Counted from the first letter of the whole stretch, positions 1 through 12,378 are shown. The stretch is 62,943 bases of DNA, filler included, from Circinaria calcarea (GCA_051942165.1; 56 parts of 56 records of this genome joined end to end with filler, not necessarily neighbours in it), one strand, 5' to 3'. Notes: a model not told the origin generated them from the sequence alone. A program made the numbers and translations.

Positions 1-864
1 TCCCCCTTCTATACCCACACCCACACCCACATCCACACATACATACCCCACCGGCACCTCCCTAATCCCCTTCCTCCTTTCCTTCCTTGTCTTTTTCTCC
101 CTTGCCTTTCCTTCTCCCTCCTCTTCCCCCTCTTCCTGCTCTTCCACCTGCTCTTCTACCTGCTCTTCCTCCTGCTGGCTCGGCCGCGGCCCAGCCCCCG
201 GCGGATTTGGTCTCGGCGCCAACGGAGGCCGAGAAGGGGACTCGGACGGATGGGGAGAGGAAGCTGAAGCTGAAGCGTCTTTGTCATGCGGAGACGAAAC
301 GGGTGAAGGTGGCGGTGAGGGCAATGGGGAGGGTGGTGGCGATGGCGATGGCGAGGGCCGAGGGCGAGGCGGATAAGGGGGGTTTTCTTTACCGGCGGTC
401 TCCATGGCAGCAGCAGCAGCAGCAGTTGCGCGAGCGGTTGAGTCTTGAGGAGCCGGTCGCGGCTGGGAATGGGACTCGGGCTCGAGCACGGGCTGGGTCT
501 TCCAGTACGCGGCTATGATCTCATAGGGCCTGGGGTTCGGGACGGGAGCGACTCCTTTTCCTGCTCCTGCTCCTTCTCCGTCGAAGCTGATGCCTAGGCC
601 CTGGAGAACCTTCAGGGATAAGAAAGGGGGAAGAGTGGTGGATGATACAGGGGCTCCCTCAGGAGGGATGGGAGTATCACCGTCGGCGGAATCGAGCGTC
701 GTCTTCTTCTTCGGCGGCTGCTTGGGTTTCGGCTCGGGTTTGGAGGGCTTGGAAGGTTTGGAAGGGTTGGGGCCCTTGGGCCCGGAGCCGAAAGGACGCC
801 AAGGGTTGGGGTTGATGGGCGGTTCCCAGTCTTGCTGCTGTGCGGAGCTTGTCTTGAAATTCAT
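1..864 (-). CDS. Pro-rich/acidic hypothetical protein, 3' end runs off the window
   Basis: ATG at 864 (MNFKTSSAQQQDWEPPINPNPW...), frame stays open to position 1; TATAAAA about 30 bp upstream; low complexity; not in the ORF track. Confidence 0.45.
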   Translation of the reverse strand, partial: MNFKTSSAQQQDWEPPINPNPWRPFGSGPKGPNPSKPSKPSKPEPKPKQPPKKKTTLDSADGDTPIPPEGAPVSSTTLPPFLSLKVLQGLGISFDGEGAGAGKGVAPVPNPRPYEIIAAYWKTQPVLEPESHSQPRPAPQDSTARATAAAAAAMETAGKENPPYPPRPRPSPSPSPPPSPLPSPPPSPVSSPHDKDASASASSPHPSESPSRPPLAPRPNPPGAGPRPSQQEEEQVEEQVEEQEEGEEEGEGKAREKKTRKERRKGIREVPVGYVCVDVGVGVGIEGG

Positions 865-1037
865 GTTTGCCCGTGTGTCTGTTGCGTCCGTTTTATAAAG
901 GGGTATCTTGGGGTTGGGATCAAGAGAGGATGAGGGTCTGGAATTGGTTCTGTTATTGAAGCGTATCGAGTAAGCAGCTGCTTGTAAGATTGTGAGGTTG
1001 AAAAAAAGCCTCTAGGTTTCTGTGGAGGGAGGAGTGA

Positions 1038-1137
1038 NNNNNNNNNNNNNNNNNNNNNNNNNNNNNNNNNNNNNNNNNNNNTTAATTAATTAANNNNNNN
1101 NNNNNNNNNNNNNNNNNNNNNNNNNNNNNNNNNNNNN
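1038..1137. other. Artificial contig spacer (44 N + TTAATTAATTAA + 44 N), repeated about every 1.13 kb through the window
   Basis: Identical 100-bp linker with stops in all six frames; flanking contigs shrink steadily from 1037 to ~1015 bp. Confidence 0.99.
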
Positions 1138-2274
1138 CACGTCGCGCTCTGGAAAACGTGGCACGAGCATGACTAGGCCACTGTCGACTTATGCGATAAC
1201 GCAGCAACCCGGACTAGCTGACACTGCCATTTACGGAGGACCACCGCCAGCCCCACTCAGCAGACAGCGATGCTGAAAAGATAATAATCTCCAGTCAGAC
1301 CCGAGACGAGATGGATGGAGGGTGGAAGGAGGAAAAGGGTCTTTGCCGGCGCCCATTGTTTAGCATGAGCCTTTTCGACTTCATACTTTAGTCGAATTAA
1401 CCTTTGCATTCCGTCGAGCTCTCCGGGGCTTCGAGCTTCCAGCTTCGAGCTTCCCACTTCCCATTTCCGCGCAGTCTACCACCGCCCAGGGATTCTGTTC
1501 TCGTTCGTCCCAGCCCGTCGGCCAGGAGCCACGCCTTTGGGCGGGAGACGGGCCTCTCCATGGGTCTGTCGTCCGACGTGGCCAATGGCGGCCCGCAATC
1601 CGTCGTCCTTGCAATCCCTTTCCACCCCCTTGGAGGCTCGAGCAGGGAGGACAAGTAAGAGAATCCAATGTTGCCCCGTCGCTTCCCAGCCAAGTGCCGT
1701 AAGGTGACACTGGCATCCCTTAGGTCAGCCACGTTTCCTGCACCATCCGACTAGTGTGGCAAGGATGAGGCCAGGAGGGACCGTTGCTCCCAACACCCTT
1801 TCCGTCTATCAAATACCCCTGGCAGAGGGCGCCCACCCCCCCTTTGTTGATCCCCTTCGGATGGACATGCCCTCGATCCCATCCATCTGGGTCCAGCCGT
1901 AGACTCTGGAGGCATTTGGGGCAAAAAGCATCTGCAGGAGATGCTGCTACGTTCAGTAGAGGGAAGGCATGGTCCCAAGTCCTTGCAGCCGGGACCGGCA
2001 CATTCATTGGAAAGAGCTGGCGCCCCCCTTCTTATGCGCGATGCTCTCTACTTCAGACGCAGCACGAGCAAGCCACAATACTAACACACTTCTCTACTCG
2101 CTCATCACGAGCCGTAGAGATCTCCTTGATCGGCTACTTATATCGCCATTCTATCCTTCCCTTCCCCCTTCCCCNNNNNNNNNNNNNNNNNNNNNNNNNN
2201 NNNNNNNNNNNNNNNNNNTTAATTAATTAANNNNNNNNNNNNNNNNNNNNNNNNNNNNNNNNNNNNNNNNNNNN

Positions 2275-2502
2275 TCATCCACCTACCCCCAGACCACCGC
2301 CTCCCCTTCCCACTCCCACGTTTACACCCCCCTCCAACGCTTTGAAAACGAAGCCATGAGAGAGCAGTCCTGGAACGGTATCTCCGAATTCCAAGCTATG
2401 GGAAAGACCGAGACAGCCCAGGCAAAGAGGAAGCAGAAAGAACGGAAGGGACGGTCCTCGGGGCGTGCGGATATGGGGAGTGGCGGTCAGAGTGGCTGGT
2501 AA
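2275..2502 (+). CDS. Possible C-terminus of an unknown protein
   Basis: Open frame from the contig edge, IHLPPDHRLPFPLPRLHPLQRFENEAMREQSWNG...GGQSGW*; no family recognised. Confidence 0.3.
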   Translation, partial: SSTYPQTTASPSHSHVYTPLQRFENEAMREQSWNGISEFQAMGKTETAQAKRKQKERKGRSSGRADMGSGGQSGW

Positions 2503-4319
2503 GGTGTAAGGGTGGGAAATTGGGCGTCGGAGTCGGTACGGTCAGGTGTAGGGCTAGGAGCGGGGATTTTCTTTAGGGTGGTTTTGGTCAGAGAGGCAGA
2601 GGAGGTGTACAGGCGTTTTATGTGACGGGTGGATTTTTCCAAGGAGCGAACAATAGGAGGTGTCAAGGAAGGAAGAGGAAGATGGGATACAGGTAAACCG
2701 AACACCATTTGGGACATTTCATCGTAGATATCTCATAGTGGGCAAGCGCCCCTTGCAACTTGGTCTATAGACCGGTTAACAGATCAATTCGCGGCTAGTT
2801 AAAGTTTACGGCGAATATCCCCCAAGATGCCATTCCGAGACTCCCAGGGCACCTTTTCGCCACTCCCACGCACCTCTCCCGCTTTTTCTTTCGCCCACGC
2901 AGCCTCCGCCCCCGCCCCTCCTTTCGGATCATTCCTGCCGCCGCCGGAGCAAAGCCCCCGGGAAGGCTCCAGAGTCGCTTCCGGATCCTAGCCTATAATG
3001 ACGCTAAAAATAATTTATGATCGAGGGAAGTGTTGACGCTTTGGACCTGATAAGTTTGTTAGTGGTAGTGGTAGTGGGATTAATTATTTCTTTTTTTTGG
3101 GGGGGGTTTTTTTTTTTTACATAATCGTTAGTCTGGATTTTCTTTAATCCCCACCCTTACCGTACGTATAAAGTAATTACCATATAAACTACAGTGCGGA
3201 GCGAAGCGATTCTGGACGGAGGCTCCGTACTGGTAGAAATCTACGGAGCATTCGGGGGCAGGGATGATTTGGGGGGGGTGTGGGACTGTGTGGCTGATAC
3301 GATAGGGTGNNNNNNNNNNNNNNNNNNNNNNNNNNNNNNNNNNNNNNNNNNNNTTAATTAATTAANNNNNNNNNNNNNNNNNNNNNNNNNNNNNNNNNNN
3401 NNNNNNNNNGGGTAGGGGGAAAAGCTGTCTGGAAGTCACTTTTCGCTTAAACCCTCGCCGCCGATTACTGTATATACTTCATAATAGCGTCGCTTTTCGA
3501 TACTTCGTAACCGGCCTAATCCATATTCCTCTGCGCTTTAAAAATAACAAACAACCCCCCCCCCGGCCCGGAGTCGCCGACGCATTACCATAACCCGTTT
3601 GAACCGCGACGTTCAATAATGTTTAATACGGAGTAAACAACGCCAGAGATTTATACTCGAATGAGGAAATTTGTTATTACTATTATTATTTTACCTCTCC
3701 TCAACTAACTCGTTATCCAAATATTTCCCGAGCATACCAAAAGAAGAAGAAAAAAAATCCTCCGAAAAACTACCAGGACGCTAGGATAGGATAGGCTAGA
3801 CTTGTACAAGAAAGGGAGAGAGTCACTCCCGTAATGCCCGATGACCAGAAACGTAACATGGGGGTCTATGGTTGTTCTGCGTGTCTGAATCTAAGCCATG
3901 CTATTCTGAAAGGAACGAGGGAGTAGCCTGCTTATATATATGTTGCGCCCGGAGCACACACCGTGAGCATTACTTTCCAGTCCCCATGCTTACCATGCCC
4001 AGTTCTGAGTGCAAGGGCCTCTCTACCCGAGAATTCCCCTACGAACCCGACGGGGGGAACTATACACCGAGGTAGGTCACGAGGGATTGGCTTATTGGTG
4101 GCAGAGGAAGGTTTTTCTTCACCAAGTGTGACACCAGCATTCTTTAGCGATGATTTATACGCTTATGCGAACCAATTGAGCACATTATCACACAGCTTAC
4201 CGACCCTGAATCGTAAGGTCGTTATACTATTCGTAAAGGATCCTTACAAAACCTAAGGCCTCGGGCCCAAAGCGAAAAAAAGGGGCAAAGAAGCGGGGAT
4301 CTGTCATCCAACGGCGGGA

Positions 4320-4444
4320 AAAAAAAGAGAAAAAGAGAAAAAGAGAAAAAGAAAAAAAAGGAAAAAAAAGGAAAAAAAAGGAAAAAAAAGGAAAAAAAAG
4401 GAAAAAAAAGGAAAAAAAAGGAAAAAAAAGGAAAAAAAAGGAAA
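4320..4444. repeat. A/G-rich tandem repeat, mainly (GAAAAAAAAG)n
   Basis: Directly visible; runs to the contig end. Confidence 0.9.
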
Positions 4445-4544
4445 NNNNNNNNNNNNNNNNNNNNNNNNNNNNNNNNNNNNNNNNNNNNTTAATTAATTAA
4501 NNNNNNNNNNNNNNNNNNNNNNNNNNNNNNNNNNNNNNNNNNNN

Positions 4545-4720
4545 AAATAGAGAGTGTAACCGGCGAGACTCGAAATGAGCGGTTCGGTGCCAGATTCTTG
4601 CCATGTGACTGTGAGACTGCCGGTTGGCAGTGTCGCCCCAGCTTTCGGAGAAATGATCTTTATATCGGCGAAGGCGGTGGGGGCAGTGAAGAGGAGAAGT
4701 GCAAGTGATCGGATCAACAT
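4545..4720 (-). CDS. KRE9: KRE9/KNH1-like secreted cell-wall beta-1,6-glucan synthesis protein, N-terminus
   Basis: Signal peptide, then ADIKIISPKAGATL...LTVTWQESGTEPLISSLAGYTLY, typical of the Kre9 N-terminal domain. Confidence 0.7.
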
Positions 4721-6360
4721 ATCGAGAGATAGATCGGTGCGCCAAACACGGAGCCAAAGCTAACAAGCGACCGGCCCAATTCGCAGACCAGACGGGTATT
4801 GAGAGATGAGCGACAGTGAGTGATATCTTCAGTAAGAATTTCGAGCGCGACTGGTCCCTGTTTGGGTAGACGTCAATATTCCAGTGAAGTCTCTTGATAT
4901 CGTTCGTTCCTGTTCAACGAAGGGGCCTCGGAGCTTTCGGACCGGCGCCGGGTGTACCTGCAGCTAAGGTAATAAGAGCCTCTTCCTATATTTAGCGGGT
5001 GCTATATTTAAGAGACAGACCTTGAGTTTGAATGAACTAATTTAGATTCAGCTATCCTTTCAGGACGGAGCCTTGGTTGCTTATACGAGGTACTCTTTCT
5101 TCACTATCACGCGTTCCTTCAATCGCACAGATTGCAAGGATTTTTTTGGGAACAAAATCTTAAATCTCATTACGAGAACATTGGGTATCTAACATCATTT
5201 AACAAAGGGAATATGAAAGAATATGCCCAGAGTGCAACTGTCGCAAATACACATGACCGAGCGCTGCGTCCGAGCCTGCTGTCGTCATGGTTAAGCGCAT
5301 ACGGACATGCCGGAACGGAATTCTTGCTTAAGCGCATGGGTGCGAACTGTCGTGCCTGATTTACACTTTATGTACAGGTACCGAATACCATCGAGCGATT
5401 CTGGCCCTGTGCGAGCCTTTACGCATCCAAACACAGCTTGACAAGCTGCATCAAAGGAAGGAGGCAACGCACAGTATGTAGCTAGAAATATCGATTCGAG
5501 CGCATTAATTGGAGGCTGATGCAGCCATGCCATTATACATGTTAAACGCCAATGTCTTTACCTCAGATCCTCCGATTAGNNNNNNNNNNNNNNNNNNNNN
5601 NNNNNNNNNNNNNNNNNNNNNNNTTAATTAATTAANNNNNNNNNNNNNNNNNNNNNNNNNNNNNNNNNNNNNNNNNNNNCCCCACCGCCTTTCCCCCACA
5701 TCCCATATGATGGAGGAATAAGAAAATATCCATCCATTGCCCCCTCCTTTACCTACATTCATTATCCGAGAACTGTACATGGGATGCGAGATCTCCGAGT
5801 CGTTCGTGTAGGCAACACGAGAGAAAAGGGAAATCTCCATTCCTTTTTCCTCGGGTTACTTCTCCATCACCACAGCACCCCCCCAAACAGCATCCATCCA
5901 CAAGCATCCACATCACCACTACAAGCTTCAGAAAAGCCACACTCACTCCCCCCATACTCGGAAGGTTTTTTCCGCGAAGAGGGCGTGCAGTCGTCAAGAA
6001 TCGCCGATGCTGGTAGGACGAGTGGAGACGGTTGCTGAGAAAAGCGGGGATAGAGTGTTAGGGGGGGCAGCGAAAGGGAGAGAGAGGTGCAGGTGTAGGT
6101 TGGGGAGGGGGGGAAGGTGGAGTTAGCGAGAACAAGAACAGACAACGTATCAGGAAAAAGGAGATGAAGGAAAGAAAGGGGCCAAGAGAGGTATATAGGA
6201 TTATCGAGAGGTAGTGGAGCTTTTTCCTTCATTGGAATCGTAAGTAACCATGGAGAAGCTTCCAGTCACCTATGGCACAGCAGTCAAGTATATGCCGAGA
6301 TTTCCAGGGCCCGCGAAATCATAATGAACAAGTAAAGATTTGCTACAACGCCCGGCATTG

Positions 6361-6714
6361 TCAATCGAACCGTGAGTGCCTCTTCGAGCTTCTGTACATC
6401 GTATATCCGACATAGGCACCCCCGCACGCTACTCCGAAAAGGACAATTTTCACAAAAAACCAGCCCCATCCGGCACCTTGCCGTCCTCGATTAGGATCGT
6501 AGGCCCTTCCCTTCTGTTTACCGCCTTCGTTCTTAGAGCCTTCGACCGGCTGACTGGCGTAGAGGTTCTTGGACTCGACGGAGATGATGTCGAAATTGTC
6601 ACTCAGTTCGCCGGTCTCGGCGCTGAAGCCGAGATATGCTATCGAGGGGATTGCGACAGGGCCGTGCTCGAAGCACAGCGCCCATAGCTCTTCGGATTTA
6701 TATTGCAGTTCCAG
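6361..6714 (-). CDS. L-type (legume-like) lectin, VIP36/Emp46-47/ERGIC-53 family, C-terminus
   Basis: LELQYKSEELWALCFE...YLGFSAETGELSDNFDIISV, a TM helix WGWFFVKIVLFGVACGGAYVGY and tail RSSKRHSRFD*. Confidence 0.85.
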   Translation of the reverse strand: MELQYKSEELWALCFEHGPVAIPSIAYLGFSAETGELSDNFDIISVESKNLYASQPVEGSKNEGGKQKGRAYDPNRGRQGAGWGWFFVKIVLFGVACGGAYVGYTMYRSSKRHSRFD

Positions 6715-6814
6715 NNNNNNNNNNNNNNNNNNNNNNNNNNNNNNNNNNNNNNNNNNNNTTAATTAATTAANNNNNNNNNNNNNNNNNNNNNNNNNNNNNN
6801 NNNNNNNNNNNNNN

Positions 6815-7127
6815 TGTTCTGGGTTCGTAAACTCCATTTATCTACGGGGGGGAACGCCAACTGATACTGGGGAAATAGGCACTCGCGGAAGGTCATGCAT
6901 GCGAACAATCAGCTCGACGAAACGCAATGGATGTAAGTTCTTTCAAGGACTCCTGATATAACCCTACAACCAGGCAAAATGCTAATGTCGTACTACAGAA
7001 CGCCTCCAAGAATGCTGGCGACATGATTAACAAATTCCAGATTCTCTTCAACCGGACCCGTCAAGCAGTGATTACGGGTGAACTGGTAGAGATTATTACG
7101 GGGGCATCCGCGTCAGAAGACCAATGA
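6815..7127 (+). CDS. ATP3: Mitochondrial ATP synthase gamma subunit, 3' exons (introns 6823-6878 and 6933-6998)
   Basis: Spliced product [60 protein letters not shown]. Confidence 0.95.
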
Positions 7128-7948
7128 AGAATGTACATTAGTTTTCGTATCAGTGGTCGTGATATCTATTAGTAGCGAAGCAATCTCGAGACGTTTCTGT
7201 ACAAATCCTTTTTTTTACCCCTCGGCTCATATTTGGGCTTGCCTGAAGGCGGAGACCTCTAGCATACTTGTATCTTCTACTATTCATGTTTCCAAGCCCA
7301 AAGTGCCACTAACCAACTGGTGACGGAAAAAACAACTAGAAATCTACACCCCAGCCCTAACCACTTCCAACCCTCGTCCACCCACAACTCCCCAACCTCT
7401 AATCCCTCCCATCCCAACTTGATTCCCTAAGTTTCATCCTCCATCATATACTCAAACGCTTCTACCGATCCCCCACGGGCGGTGGGAAATGAGCAGGAAT
7501 CGGCCTCTAGAAAAATTGAGAGGCAAATATGTGACAACTCCTCCGAAGAACGTACGTAGTCCCTGGCAAGAATTCAATCCCGGGTTCGGATTTGTAAAAT
7601 GCGTGTTAGATTGTATCGTTTTAATCTTGGGGGACGGGTTTTCCTTAAAAGAAACTTGAGGTGGTGATTTGTTATGTTTGGATTTTTTTGGACTTAGGGG
7701 GGGGAAACAAAGGAACGCTGGTGGTGATTTGACTTTTTTACTTTTATTTTTGATTTCTCTTTGTTTTTTTCTATCCACAGCTGTATCATCGTCATCATCA
7801 TCATCATCATCTCCCAGAAAACAGGATCTGTTTCTTTATTTCCCAGCCNNNNNNNNNNNNNNNNNNNNNNNNNNNNNNNNNNNNNNNNNNNNTTAATTAA
7901 TTAANNNNNNNNNNNNNNNNNNNNNNNNNNNNNNNNNNNNNNNNNNNN

Positions 7949-8982
7949 GTACCTGGAAATTTACCCCCGTTACCAGCGGTCATACCTCCTCAATCAGCGC
8001 CTTTTGCCATTCCAGATAACCTCGACGACATCATTGGCTGTCTCGTTAAACCGCTTGAGCCTAGTCTTGGTCTTGCTCATCCCCCCAACTGGCCCTCAAA
8101 GGCGAAGTCCGCTCATCCATTCCACGGCGGTGAGACTACCGGACACGACCGGATCAGGTATCTGATCACTTCCAGCCACATGTCTACTTACAAGGATACC
8201 CGAAACGGTATGCTGGGCCTTGACTTCAGCACCAAGCTTTCAGCCTGGTTAGCCCTCGGTTGCATCACTGCCCGGCAAATTCACGAATACCTCCTCAACT
8301 TCGAAGACGCGAAAACAACTCTCGGTAAGGGTGTGGGAGGATACGGAAAGGGCGAAAACAAAGGCACAGCAGCGGTACGTTTCGAGCTTCTTTGGCGAGA
8401 TTATATGCGCCTTTGTACTCGCAAGTTCGGTCCTCAGCTTTTTCGAGTCGAAGGTTTCAGAAACGATACATCCTATCCGTGGAAGTACCCGCAGAAAGAC
8501 AATGAAACCCAACAGAAAGTCGCCCGTTTCCTCGAGGGTACTACCGGTACTGGTCTTATTGATGCCAGCATGCGGGAACTCTTCCTTACCGGCTACACCT
8601 CCAACCGTGCTCGTCAGAACGTAGCCTCCTTCTTGGCCAAACATCTTGGGATCGATTGGCGTATCGGAGCCGAGTGGTACGAAAGTCTGCTCTGTGATTA
8701 CGATCTCAGCAGTAATTGGGGCAACTGGCAATACACCGCCGGCGTGGGTAACGACCCCCGAGGCGAAGCGAGGGTATTCAATCCCGTCAAGCAGGCGTTT
8801 GACTATGATCCGCAAGGCGAGTACGTGAAAAATTGGGTCGAGGAGCTTCGACCGTTGGACGATCCGCAGGTCATCTTTCAGGCATGGAAAATCCCGGACG
8901 AGAAGAAGAAGGAAGTTGGGCTGGAAGGGGTCGAGTGGGTGGAGAATCCATTGAAGAAGATCGAGTTCCATGTGGGCCGGAA
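7949..8982 (+). CDS. cryD: Cryptochrome DASH, FAD-binding region, internal fragment
   Basis: HPFHGGET, YKDTRNGMLGLDFSTKLSAWLALGC, FELLWRDY, SNRARQNVASFL, SNWGNWQYTAGVGNDPR, KQAFDYDPQGEYV. Confidence 0.93.
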
Positions 8983-9082
8983 NNNNNNNNNNNNNNNNNN
9001 NNNNNNNNNNNNNNNNNNNNNNNNNNTTAATTAATTAANNNNNNNNNNNNNNNNNNNNNNNNNNNNNNNNNNNNNNNNNNNN

Positions 9083-10114
9083 TTAATATATTTATAATTA
9101 ATAATAATATTATAAATTATTCTAGTTATAAATTACACGTTTATTATTAAAAATAAAATAATAATTTTATAATATTATATATATACGCGTCATTTAACTG
9201 CCCGTTGGCTTTAAAATAATAATTAATATTAGAAAGAGCTATATAGTTTCCGAAATAAGTAATTCCGTTTAAGCTATTTGTTTCCGGTATTATTTTCTTT
9301 CCAGCTTTCGAATCAGTGGCTTCCGAAGTGGCATTCGAAGCATTGGTTTTAACTCGGTGTTATTACGCACCACTGCCAGCGGCACTGCCTCCGAGATTGC
9401 CTTCGAAGCCTCTTACGACAGCGATATAGGTTCCGAACGTTCGGTTAGTACGGCAGCAATATTAATGTGCAGCAGCGGAGGAAAGGGCAAAAAACATGGA
9501 ATTCAGGGGTATAAGGCTGAGAAGCAGCAGGTGCATATATATAGCACGAATTCATGCATATTGGTAGCACGCAGCAATAACACGCCGAAAACGATTATTA
9601 TTTCGATTCCGAATTCGACCTTTTTTGTATGCCGCACATGCAACGCCCATTTCGATTCCCGGAACCACCTTTTTACGCACCTGCGCCAACGCCAACATAT
9701 TTCGCCTCCCGCTACTAATACACCTTCCGCTACTATGAAGGCACGTGTTTCGGAGCCTCCGCTTACGCGCCGCCGCCGTTTATTACGCCGCCGCGAACTG
9801 GACAAGCCGTGGAGGAACAATGCATATGGTATGGGGGGTGGAAATGCATGGAAATACTCGGAGGCTGCATTAGGGTAATAAGCGCAGCAAGTCGCTGCCA
9901 TAATGAGGACGCCGTCTTCATTCGAAAAAGGGGGGCAGGTTGTTACGGAACGGGCGTAGCCCTACGCTGTCAGATAACTAGAGCGGGTTTATTAAATTCC
10001 GGCGACCTATTTCTTAACCCGCACACTTTATAAATAGCTTTAATAAATATTTATATATATTTTTTTAATATTAATTTTATATATTAAATTTATATTTTTA
10101 ATATTATTATATTA
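9083..10114 (+). mobile_element. RIP-degraded Ty3/gypsy 3' end: internal ORF remnant with a C2H2 motif, polypurine tract and 3' LTR start at 9941
   Basis: GAGGACG...AAAAAGGGGGGCAGG followed by TGTTACG at 9941; CRTC-x12-H-x5-H in ORF 9357-9878; CA/TG-depleted AT-rich flanks. Confidence 0.6.
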
Positions 10115-10225
10115 NNNNNNNNNNNNNNNNNNNNNNNNNNNNNNNNNNNNNNNNNNNNTTAATTAATTAANNNNNNNNNNNNNNNNNNNNNNNNNNNNNN
10201 NNNNNNNNNNNNNNAATATATTCAC

Positions 10226-10476
10226 CTGAAAATGGAGAAGATCATCGGCATTGAGGTCCTCGAGTCGATGGTGAAGACTTGATGGGTCTGGTTTGAGGTG
10301 GAAGAACTCGCTCCAAAAGCCTTCCGAGTGAGATACACCATATTCGTCCTAGCGAGATCAGTAGGACCTTAATAATTTGATTGACGTGTACTTACGACGA
10401 AGAGCTTCCCATACAACTGCGAGATCTTGGGTTGGAACGAGGGACGAGCTTGCTGGACCAGTGGGGATATCTCCAT
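10226..10476 (-). CDS. ARMH3/C10orf76 (DUF1741)-like protein, exons 1-2 (10396-10476, 10226-10348)
   Basis: Spliced MEISPLVQQARPSFQPKISQLYGKLFV|DEYGVSHSEGFWSEFFHLKPD...DDLLHFQ with GTAAGT..TAG and GTGAAT sites. Confidence 0.75.
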
Positions 10477-11015
10477 TCCGCAAGAATCAGTATTTCTGTT
10501 GAAAAGGCATTTACCGGTTATTTCTTTTTATCCTGTTGACCGCTACTATACATGTCCATCGGAGTGGTTGAATCAGACAGAAATACTTGAACTACTGTGC
10601 TACCCTGAATTCCCATGCAACAGAAGCTTAAACTCCAGCAAGACGCTGAAAGGGAGATACAGACAGGGAAAAATTAGACGATTCGTCTTAATGACAGAAC
10701 TTATCAAGGATGGTGTGTCATTTCCAAATCCCGTCGAGTTAGAAGAATTAGATTGGTGACCACAAAGAACATTGACTATGATGAGGTTGTAGTGGTAAGA
10801 TATTGGTCACGACAGCCAACCATCGGCTGTTCCCGGGCCGTTTGAGGATTACGGAGTCGATCATTTGCTGTGGAGCCGAGGCAGTTTAAGTTAGGAATAA
10901 TAATAATATGCTGAGGTTTAGGTCAGTCCCCCCCATTTGCATTGCATTGCATGGTGTATAGATTTGCGCCCAGAGCAACTCCTCGTTCCTTGTGGACAGG
11001 CATTCTACCTCCAAC

Positions 11016-11246
11016 ATGTCCCTTTCTCGCTGTGCGACACCAGTGTCTTCAGTGGCATGCTGCGTTACCAGATTCGCCACAGCTCAGGCAATGACTAAGC
11101 CCTCAGCATGTCCTTTCACCATCCGGCAGTTCACGTCTTCTATGAGCATTAGACTCTCCTCGAGACGTAAACTACAGACTGCGACAGCTTACCGTCCACA
11201 CACTTTGGACTCTGTACCGCCTCCACCCCGCAACTCGGGTGTTCCC
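11016..11246 (+). CDS. ISA1: Mitochondrial protein N-terminus, resembling Fe-S assembly protein Isa1
   Basis: Arg/Ser-rich presequence, then QTATAYRPHTL...PPPPRNSGVP, which I recall from Pezizomycotina Isa1 N-termini; the conserved domain lies beyond the contig. Confidence 0.5.
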
Positions 11247-11346
11247 NNNNNNNNNNNNNNNNNNNNNNNNNNNNNNNNNNNNNNNNNNNNTTAATTAATT
11301 AANNNNNNNNNNNNNNNNNNNNNNNNNNNNNNNNNNNNNNNNNNNN

Positions 11347-12378
11347 CCTCTGATTCAGTCTCCTTCGCCTGACTATCCTTTGCCTTGACTTTCCTGGCCT
11401 TATTCTTCCTGGACTTGGTTCGCTGCTTTTTGCCCTGCTTCACCTTGGCCTCCTCCGCAGTGGTCTTCCTACCACTACTTATCCCTATGATGGCCCTGAG
11501 AACCTCTTCCGCTGACCTTCCAGTCCTAGAAACCTCCGCTTCGATTATCTGGACAATTTCCGCAGCTTGCTCCGCAATTGAAAGCTCAACATCCTTTCTG
11601 AATCTCTTTCCCAAGACACCATCCCTAATCATCGTGTCTTTGAGACGCTGTAGCGCCTGCTCCACCCAATCGATTAACTCTTTCTGCTTCTGCTCGAAAG
11701 CCTCCAGGGGCAACTTCAACATGTTGCTGAATCCTTCCTCCCCGTATTCTCGCCTCAAATAGTCCTTCACGGCATTATCAAATGTGTACGTAAACTGCCT
11801 GTTAAAGTCGTATACGGCCATTTCAAGCCCCTCTACGAATTTAAAACTGAGAGCTTCAGCATCAGCATCACTAGTGTTGGTCATGTCAGGCATTGCACCC
11901 TTGTTCCACTCCGCTTCCAGCCATGCTTGGCGCCACCCGAAATGTTCCACCTTCTGGATGTACTGCACTCGCCATTTGCAAAAATCGTTCCAGGGGACAA
12001 TCGGCTTACAGTACCCGTACTGTGCACTTGCTATGTCCCAGGCGAATGCCTCGCCGCTGGGGAGAATGATTTTCAAAACCTCGTGATGAAAGGTGGTGGA
12101 ATCGACTTCGCTTGTACCTTGGTCGGAAACGACCTTGGTGAAGCGGAGGGGATTCTTTAATTTGACAGTGTTCTCCTCGAGGTGCGCGTGAAAGCCTGCT
12201 TTGTAACATGAGTGAGTATTTACATCTATATCCTATATACAACGATTATAGGATAAAACGAACCTTGCAGCATCATATCGATAATATTGTGCATCCACCC
12301 CAAGGCATCCGTACACGTCAGGTAAGTTAAGACTGCCTGCCTGTCCTTCTCGTTCTTTACTAGTTCCTCGGGAAATGG
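11347..12378 (-). CDS. Fungal hypothetical protein (family often linked to MYND fingers), intron 12196-12263
   Basis: Spliced PFPEELV..AVLTYLTCTDALGWMH..QG|FHAHLEE..HHEVLKIILPSGEAFAWDIASAQYGY; long open frame with a Lys-rich tail. Confidence 0.7.

Noticed and set aside
1082..1093. Regularly spaced TTAATTAATTAA as a CRISPR-like array or biological repeat
   Set aside because: Always embedded in N runs; it is a synthetic six-frame stop linker
1138..2174. Cluster of overlapping short ORFs on both strands
   Set aside because: No recognisable motifs; looks like promoter/intergenic DNA with CCAAT and TATA-like words
8249..8971. 240-aa antisense ORF
   Set aside because: Shadow of the CRY-DASH coding strand
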